Source: a virus. From it: a stretch of 64,000 nucleotides of DNA. Positions 58,060 through 64,000 of this stretch are shown here, in pieces (the stretch's first letter is position 1; each line of letters starts with the position of its first letter). The stretch lies in the IMG/VR virus record IMGVR_UViG_3300034095_000847. One strand, given 5' to 3'. Below the pieces are notes generated by a model. It was not told where the DNA came from, did not search any database, and saw only the letters and a list, made by a program, of their open reading frames with translations. The position numbers and the translations under genes were made by a program.

Positions 58060-58754
58060 AGAAAAGTAAAACAAAATTGGTTCTCAACCTTAAATGAAAC
58101 ACTTCAATCAGAAGATTTAACAAATCTATGGCCTCTTGGATTAAACATAGGTTATGGAGAGACTGCTAGATTTACAACTGATTGTGGTAGACTTATTTCT
58201 GTATTTCGTGAAACTAACGGTTTATATGAAAGACCTGTACACTATAAAGCACTTTAATAGGATTATAATATGAATAGAAATATATTTGGCGAAATATGCG
58301 AAGGTGAAATGGACAAATCTGACTTTGATGAATGGTTAATCCAATATACTGAAGATGTATGCAATACAGTTAATAAAACTGAAGAAATTAATTTAACTTC
58401 ATTAAAAGAATGGGCTACTTCCAATGAACAAGTTTGGGATTCATTTGAAGTAGGTTATGAGACAGCTCGTAATAGAGTAAAATCTTTATTAGGAATTAGT
58501 GATGAATAATTGTTATGATGAAATATTAAATGCTGCTACTCACCGTAAATTTAATATTTTAAAAGAGATTAAACAGAATCTTTCCGATGAAATTAAATCT
58601 CTTGATGAATTTTTTAATAATTTTCTTATTAATAATAATCTTGACCGTAAAAAGAAAATAGTAAGCAATTGGAAAATCTATAGAGATAAAACAGATGAAT
58701 ATTGTGAAGTTGTTGATAATCTTAAATTAGTAAAATATTACCTGGAGAAATTTA

Positions 58755-58970
58755 ATGTTTGAATCCGCAAATGACTTTTCATTGCATATAGAAACACTTG
58801 CGAACCAAAAAAATATTGGGGTAGTTGATGCTCTATTAGAATATTGTAATGAAAATTTTATTGAACCTGAAGAGGTTACTAAGTTAATTAATAAATCTTT
58901 AAAAGATAAACTTGAAATGCACTTTATAGATATGAATTATTTACCAAAGCAAGCTTTTTTAGATTTTTAA
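58755..58970 (+). CDS. 33: Late transcription coactivator gp33
   Basis: FS..IE......DA..EYC..N.IE...V.KLI.KSLK.KL...NYLP; 33-59-32 order. Confidence 0.85.
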   Translation: MFESANDFSLHIETLANQKNIGVVDALLEYCNENFIEPEEVTKLINKSLKDKLEMHFIDMNYLPKQAFLDF

Positions 58971-59602
58971 TGGATGGGTATTCAGCATATAAGTTCTATT
59001 TAGCTATTAGATTACATTATACTAGAGACTCATATGACGTCTTTAAAAATAGAGGTGTAGTAAAGTATTCTAGAGAGTTATTTGATAAAAGAAATGATAG
59101 ATCATTATTTGAGAAACTCTCTAAAAAATATCCAAAGGAACCACAACTTATTCAGTTTTATGTATCAAATTTTGCGTATGGTAATGATTCTCCTGTATAT
59201 GAATTATCACATGCCGAAACATATTATACAAATTGGCTTAGACGTAAAGAAAGTATCACACAAGTATTTACAGATGAACTAAATTGTATTATAATAGACT
59301 CAGAGAAAAATAAATTATCAAAGGAAGAAGTACTTGAGTTTGGTTTTTGTCAACCTCCAAGTATATTAACTCTTCTTATTAGTAATAGAATTTCTCTAGA
59401 AACTGTGTGTATTCTTAATGACTTCATGGATTTAATTAGTACTTGGCATATGTCAGGTTATATGCAAACCATGTGGGAAAAGGATATACGCAGAATTTGC
59501 AAATCTAAACGGTTTGTAAAATATAATCGAGATAAGATAACATCGATTATAAATAACTTTGTAGAAGATTTAAATCAACTACAATATACTACGCAAATAT
59601 AA
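58970..59602 (+). CDS. 59: Helicase loader gp59
   Basis: YK.YLAI.LH....YD.FK..G, F.KR.D...FEKL, ISLET. Confidence 0.88.
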   Translation: MDGYSAYKFYLAIRLHYTRDSYDVFKNRGVVKYSRELFDKRNDRSLFEKLSKKYPKEPQLIQFYVSNFAYGNDSPVYELSHAETYYTNWLRRKESITQVFTDELNCIIIDSEKNKLSKEEVLEFGFCQPPSILTLLISNRISLETVCILNDFMDLISTWHMSGYMQTMWEKDIRRICKSKRFVKYNRDKITSIINNFVEDLNQLQYTTQI

Positions 59603-59628
59603 ACATACTTCGCTAACAAGGAAAAATT

Positions 59629-60537
59629 ATGTCACTTGATATTACAGCTTTACGCAAATCCCGCACAACTGATTTTGCTAAAATCACATCTGAAATCGAT
59701 AAAATTTCAAATCCTCAATCTCAATCTAGAAACGATAATCGAGTTTGGAAACTTACCGTAGATAAAGCAGGCAATGGTACTGCAACTATTCGTTTCTTGC
59801 CACGTATTGATGGTGATGAGAATGAATTACCTTGGGCTAAAGTATTCTCACATGGCTTTCAAGGTCCTACCGGTAAATGGTATATTGAAAACAATCTGAA
59901 TACTATTAACCTAGAAGATCCTGTTTCACAGTTAAATTCTCAATTGTGGAATTCAGGTATAGAAGCTAATAAAGAAATTGCACGTAAACAAAAACGTCGT
60001 TTATCTTATTATGCAAATATCTTAGTTGTTTCTGATCCAAAGAATCCTGAAAATGAAGGTAAAGTTTTCATGTTTAAATTTGGTAAGAAGATCTTCGATA
60101 AGATTATGGATAAAGCAAAACCTACTTTTGAAGATGAAACACCTATAAACGTATTTGATCTCTGGGATGGAGCTAATTTTAAACTACGTCAACGTACGGT
60201 TGCTAGTTATCCTAATTATGATGAGTCTACATTTTCTGATTCAATTCCAGTAACAGAGAATGATGATACACTTGTGAATATTATGAATTTACGACATAAT
60301 TTACAAGAATGGTTATATCCAAGTAGTTTTAAAGATTATGATGTTTTAAAGAAAAAGTTAGATTCTGTTTTAGCAGGTGATAGTTATACACCAAAGACTG
60401 CTGAACAGATTGCTGAAGAGTTTGATGTACCTTCTGCTCCTAAAGTAACACAAGTTGCAAAACCTGTGTCTATATCAGTAACTGATGATGACGATGATAC
60501 TATGGCCTATTTTGCTAAATTGGCGGCGGAAGATTAA
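59629..60537 (+). CDS. 32: Single-stranded DNA-binding protein gp32
   Basis: WK...DKAGNG.A.IRFLP, HGFQGPTGKWYIEN, FGKKIFDKI, NYD.S.F, acidic tail. Confidence 0.95.
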   Translation: MSLDITALRKSRTTDFAKITSEIDKISNPQSQSRNDNRVWKLTVDKAGNGTATIRFLPRIDGDENELPWAKVFSHGFQGPTGKWYIENNLNTINLEDPVSQLNSQLWNSGIEANKEIARKQKRRLSYYANILVVSDPKNPENEGKVFMFKFGKKIFDKIMDKAKPTFEDETPINVFDLWDGANFKLRQRTVASYPNYDESTFSDSIPVTENDDTLVNIMNLRHNLQEWLYPSSFKDYDVLKKKLDSVLAGDSYTPKTAEQIAEEFDVPSAPKVTQVAKPVSISVTDDDDDTMAYFAKLAAED

Positions 60538-60558
60538 TCTTAAATCTCTGGTAAATTT

Positions 60559-60582
60559 AAGGGGACTTAACGTCCCCTTTTT
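60559..60582. terminator. Terminator between convergent genes
   Basis: AAGGGGAC-TTAAC-GTCCCCTT followed by a T run. Confidence 0.85.
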
Positions 60583-62513
60583 TAATTAATTGCGTAGCAA
60601 CTTGAAATGTATCTAGATGATGTACTATCTGGATTTCTTGATGGTAATCTAACTGCAGTACTATTAACAGTACTATTAGATGTATTTACTGTAGGTGCTG
60701 ATACTACGGTATTTCCTGCAGATTTTATAGCATCTTCTTTAGCTACTTCTGTTGCAGTTGTTTTTGCTGCTACAACATCAGCAGTCTTTGGTGTAATAGC
60801 TTCTGCATTTGATACAATATCTGTAGGTTTAGGTGTAATAGCTTCTGCATTTGATACAATATCTGTAGGTTTAGGTGTAATAGCTTCTGCATTTGTACCT
60901 TGTTTTAATTGTTCAAATCTTGCAACCATTTCTGGTTCATCTTTGAAGTCTTTACCTTGCTCTGATAATATTATAGCACGCTTTTTTAAGTCTTCTGCTG
61001 ACATGTTGGCAACAGGCTTTTTCATGAACTCGTCAGTTGCTTTAGTTTCACTTGGTTGTTCTACAGGATTAATTTCTTTGCTTTTTTCTTCTAGATCTTT
61101 TTCTTTTTTTACTTTTTCTACTTCAACTCGTTTTGCTTTTCTATCTGCTTTTAATTCTTTAAAAGTTTTAGGTTCTGTTACTTCCATTTTCATAGATGCA
61201 ATATCTTCAGACATTGCTTTATATGGATAAAATGGTCCTATTTTTTTATCGCCGCCTAGTACATCTGGCAAAGGAATTGTAACTTCTGGAATACCAAGTC
61301 CAGCAAATAATCCATAGAAATCACTAACTAAAGTTAAAAATCCATTTGCGACACTTTTTAATGTATTACTAACTAAATCAATAACTACATAGAAAGAATC
61401 CATTATATCTTCAAAGACATCTTCAACTGTAAAAGATTCTAGTTGTTTTTGTACATTTTCAAATCCAAGTTTACCTGCAATCCAAGCAACTGCTTCACGT
61501 AACATATCTAATGGAGCAACAAATAATGATTTAAAAAGTCCTTCTACAGCACCTTGTATAGCTCCAATTATACCACCTTGTTCATAACCTTCTATTGCGC
61601 CTTTAACAGTATCCCATGCAGTCATAAGTATAGTAACGGGTAACATTAATTTACCTACTATACCAAATACTGAAGTAAACATTTTAGTAAATTTACCTAA
61701 AACTTCACCAATGCCTGTAAAGATTCCTTTTACTTTACCAACTGGACCAGATATTAAATCTTTAATAATTTTGAAAGCATCCATAAAAGGTTCTATTAAA
61801 CGTGTTAATAGAGGTTCACGTTGATTTCCAAAAAATCTATTAAATTTATCTAAAGATGTTGATACAAATGGTTTTTTAACAAAATCAATTATTTTATTAA
61901 ATATATCGAAAAATGATTGTAATGGTTTTGATTCAAATATGGATTTAAATGATTTAGAAAATGCAGATTTAAATCCACCTATTATTTCAGCAATTACTTT
62001 TTCAAAGTTTTTATCAAACTTTTTAAATTTTTGGAATAGTTTTTCAGGAGTTAATAAGTCAATCCAGAATTTAATATTTTTTACATAGGCACCAATTAAT
62101 CCGCCTAATGAAGCTAAGCTAATTCCAATACCTGATATAATTGGACCAAGAGATAAACCTTCTTTAATATCTTTTAATGGTTCTTTTTTATCTTTACCTA
62201 AATCTTGTAATGCTTTAAGCATTGCAGCATTTGATTTTGCTGTTTCTGCCTTTTCTTCATTAGTAGTGATAGGCATTGCCAAGAATTTATCTTTAATTTT
62301 ATTTAAAGATTCTAAAATAGCATTAGAGATAAGACGCATATCACGTAATTCATCTACTAATATATTATCATCATCTAAAGCTTTCTTCTCTTCAACCAAT
62401 TGGCCAAGTTCAATTAGTTTAGAAGCGGCAAGAGTTCCATGAATTTCATTAAGAGAAACTAATTGTTTCTCCAATAAATCTTGCATTGATCTTTGTGTAG
62501 GACGATTAGCCAT
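60582..62513 (-). CDS. Baseplate hub / tape-measure-like protein (gp29-like)
   Basis: Long amphipathic helical region, position downstream of gp26/gp51-like genes, NTVVSAPT C-terminus. Confidence 0.6.
   Translation of the reverse strand: MANRPTQRSMQDLLEKQLVSLNEIHGTLAASKLIELGQLVEEKKALDDDNILVDELRDMRLISNAILESLNKIKDKFLAMPITTNEEKAETAKSNAAMLKALQDLGKDKKEPLKDIKEGLSLGPIISGIGISLASLGGLIGAYVKNIKFWIDLLTPEKLFQKFKKFDKNFEKVIAEIIGGFKSAFSKSFKSIFESKPLQSFFDIFNKIIDFVKKPFVSTSLDKFNRFFGNQREPLLTRLIEPFMDAFKIIKDLISGPVGKVKGIFTGIGEVLGKFTKMFTSVFGIVGKLMLPVTILMTAWDTVKGAIEGYEQGGIIGAIQGAVEGLFKSLFVAPLDMLREAVAWIAGKLGFENVQKQLESFTVEDVFEDIMDSFYVVIDLVSNTLKSVANGFLTLVSDFYGLFAGLGIPEVTIPLPDVLGGDKKIGPFYPYKAMSEDIASMKMEVTEPKTFKELKADRKAKRVEVEKVKKEKDLEEKSKEINPVEQPSETKATDEFMKKPVANMSAEDLKKRAIILSEQGKDFKDEPEMVARFEQLKQGTNAEAITPKPTDIVSNAEAITPKPTDIVSNAEAITPKTADVVAAKTTATEVAKEDAIKSAGNTVVSAPTVNTSNSTVNSTAVRLPSRNPDSTSSRYISSCYAIN
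60790..60895. repeat. 42-bp tandem repeat (about 2.5 copies; NAEAITPKPTDIVS)
   Basis: GGTGTAATAGCTTCTGCATTTGATACAATATCTGTAGGTTTA repeated. Confidence 0.9.
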
Positions 62514-62694
62514 TTTGTTTACTCTGAATCCTTTGTTTTTCTTCTTCCAAATAGTTTATTAACAAAGCAACATATATTTCTTTCTCAAATGGTATTAAAT
62601 TTTCTATCTCTGCCAACGAATATTTGTGGTGTTGCATTAAAGCAAAATTCATTTTATAATAATTCATCAATGATTCGTGGCAAAGATTTACTAA
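62506..62694 (-). CDS. gp51-like baseplate hub assembly segment (probably reached by -1 frameshift)
   Basis: LCHESLMNYYKMNFALMQHHKYSLAEIENLIPFEKEIYV; frame is open back to the T-run at the end of the gp26-like gene. Confidence 0.75.
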   Translation of the reverse strand, partial: LVNLCHESLMNYYKMNFALMQHHKYSLAEIENLIPFEKEIYVALLINYLEEEKQRIQSKQNG

Positions 62695-63404
62695 AAAAAA
62701 GATTGTATACCACTCAAGGTTGCTTCATTGTGGGCATTGCATATTGGACATGTATATTCAATATCTTTACTAATTTTTGGCATAGTTTCAAAGAACTTCT
62801 GAAGTTTGCCAAATTGTTCTGTTGTTAAGTTATTTAAAAATTCTTTTAATTCTGCTGGAGTTGTCTCATTTGCATGATATAATTGTTCATCATCATAGAT
62901 ATAATCAATGCAGTCAATAATAATTTTGAATATATCATCTACATTATTATTAGTAATATCTTCTAATTTTTTAATTATATTAATGCTTGGATATTTTAAT
63001 ACAATACCTACATTACCAAATAATGATATTTTGTTAGTATGTTCAGGATCTTTTTTTACTTCAAGTTGGGTCAAATCAAACTTAACTTTTACCTTAGCAT
63101 TTGGATCATCACAATGTTGGCATTTAAAAAGTAACTCAACTTCTTCGCCAACTGACTTTGCTCTAATCTGGGTAAAGATATATTCCAAGTCAAATAATGC
63201 TAATTTAGTAACATCAATGTCATCTTTTACACAAGATTTAATAACTTCTTGCAAAGTATTAACCATTATGTTTGGATCTTCACTTTGTTGGGCTATCAGT
63301 AATGCTTTTTCTTCTTTTACAAGAAATGATCTATATTTAACTTCTTTATTTGATGAAGGTATAGTTAATTGATATACCGGTGTACTATTAACTGGCAATG
63401 CCAT
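62691..63404 (-). CDS. 26: Baseplate hub subunit/chaperone gp26-like
   Basis: MALP...P.Y.L.IPS, FLVKEEK.LL.A, FD.EYIF..IRAKSVGE, CxxC, FFETMP, GIQSFF. Confidence 0.85.
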   Translation of the reverse strand: MALPVNSTPVYQLTIPSSNKEVKYRSFLVKEEKALLIAQQSEDPNIMVNTLQEVIKSCVKDDIDVTKLALFDLEYIFTQIRAKSVGEEVELLFKCQHCDDPNAKVKVKFDLTQLEVKKDPEHTNKISLFGNVGIVLKYPSINIIKKLEDITNNNVDDIFKIIIDCIDYIYDDEQLYHANETTPAELKEFLNNLTTEQFGKLQKFFETMPKISKDIEYTCPICNAHNEATLSGIQSFF

Positions 63405-63408
63405 TGTA

Positions 63409-63840
63409 TTATTCTCCTTTATGCATATTATGAATCATTGTTGCCAAATCATTAGTACTTCCAACAAATATAGCATTGTTAGTAACTTGACTTGCGGGTT
63501 CTTCTTTTTTCTTTTCTGTGCCTGACAGTTTTTGTTTCTGTGAGTGTGCATCTAATAATTGTTGGTTCATATCAGCAAGTTGCTTCATTAATGTACCAAC
63601 AACTTCGTATGCTCGAGGATGTTCGCTTTGCTTAGCAACCTCGATCATATCATAAAGGGCCGACCTCCCTGTCGATAACAACTCCTTAATATTTCCGCGT
63701 ACGTGATCGAAATCATTTTCGATATATTGCTCTTGAGTTCCTTTGGGAGTAGGAACTATGTCATCCATACGCGGACTTATTTGTGTATATTCTATAGGTT
63801 CCAAGTCAAATACTTCTGATAATTTATCATCCATTTTCAT
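63409..63840 (-). CDS. 16: Terminase small subunit gp16-like
   Basis: D.D..R.N, A..SEHPRAYEV, VTNNAIFVGST.DL. Confidence 0.75.
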   Translation of the reverse strand: MKMDDKLSEVFDLEPIEYTQISPRMDDIVPTPKGTQEQYIENDFDHVRGNIKELLSTGRSALYDMIEVAKQSEHPRAYEVVGTLMKQLADMNQQLLDAHSQKQKLSGTEKKKEEPASQVTNNAIFVGSTNDLATMIHNMHKGE

Positions 63841-63845
63841 AGTAA

Positions 63846-63853
63846 TATTTATA
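63846..63853 (-). promoter_or_regulatory. T4-type late promoter (minus strand)
   Basis: TATTTATA on the + strand. Confidence 0.75.
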
Positions 63854-64000
63854 CGTTATATCCAGCAATTGATGTAAGTTTATTTTGTAAACCGGTTAAA
63901 CCATAATTCATTAGTAAACCTCCTACAGGAGAACTTGCAATTCCATTGAATACTCCGGCAATTTCGGAAAATAATCCATCATTTGTTTTATTTAATAAAT
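63849..64000 (-). CDS. 3' end of an upstream structural gene (partial)
   Basis: Open frame ...LFSEIAGVFNG...IAGYNV*. Confidence 0.5.
   Translation of the reverse strand, partial: LLNKTNDGLFSEIAGVFNGIASSPVGGLLMNYGLTGLQNKLTSIAGYNV

Noticed and set aside
60607-61230. 207-aa + strand ORF and other antisense ORFs (1449, 14123, 17299, 21618, 38480, 62908)
   Set aside because: Shadows of well-supported genes on the opposite strand; no SD or motifs
1-64000. Stop-codon reassignment
   Set aside because: Core genes are full length in the standard code and all three stops are used; no suppressor tRNA is seen

Overview
An AT-rich 64 kb segment of a large T4-like (Tevenvirinae/Straboviridae-type) myophage genome. 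It carries the recognisable core genes uvsX (3' end), gp41, dsbA, rnh, nrdA/nrdB, thyX, phoH, gp33, gp59, gp32, gp26/gp51-like, gp16-like and a gp29/tape-measure-like gene. It also has T4-type early (GTTTAC...TATAAT) and late (TATAAATA) promoters, two tRNAs, and a long hyperplastic region of small ORFs driven by at least 13 copies of a promoter/stem-loop/SD cassette. The most striking candidate system is a cytosine hypermodification operon (about 4.4-9.9 kb). It couples a gp42-type dCMP hydroxymethylase with myo-inositol-1-phosphate synthase, a HAD phosphatase, an aGPT-Pplase-like DNA transferase and an unknown enzyme. The last two end in sliding-clamp-binding-like tails, which suggests an inositol-decorated DNA base. 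Other notable items: an AEP-type primase near the helicase while gp61 is reduced to its zinc-binding domain; a predicted -1 frameshift fusing the gp26-like and gp51-like ORFs ahead of the tape-measure-like gene; a cluster of structured ncRNAs between the tRNAs; nucleotidyltransferases with capsid-targeting signals; and an embedded Rz1-like o-spanin. All calls are from motif recognition by eye; no searches or folding programs were run.
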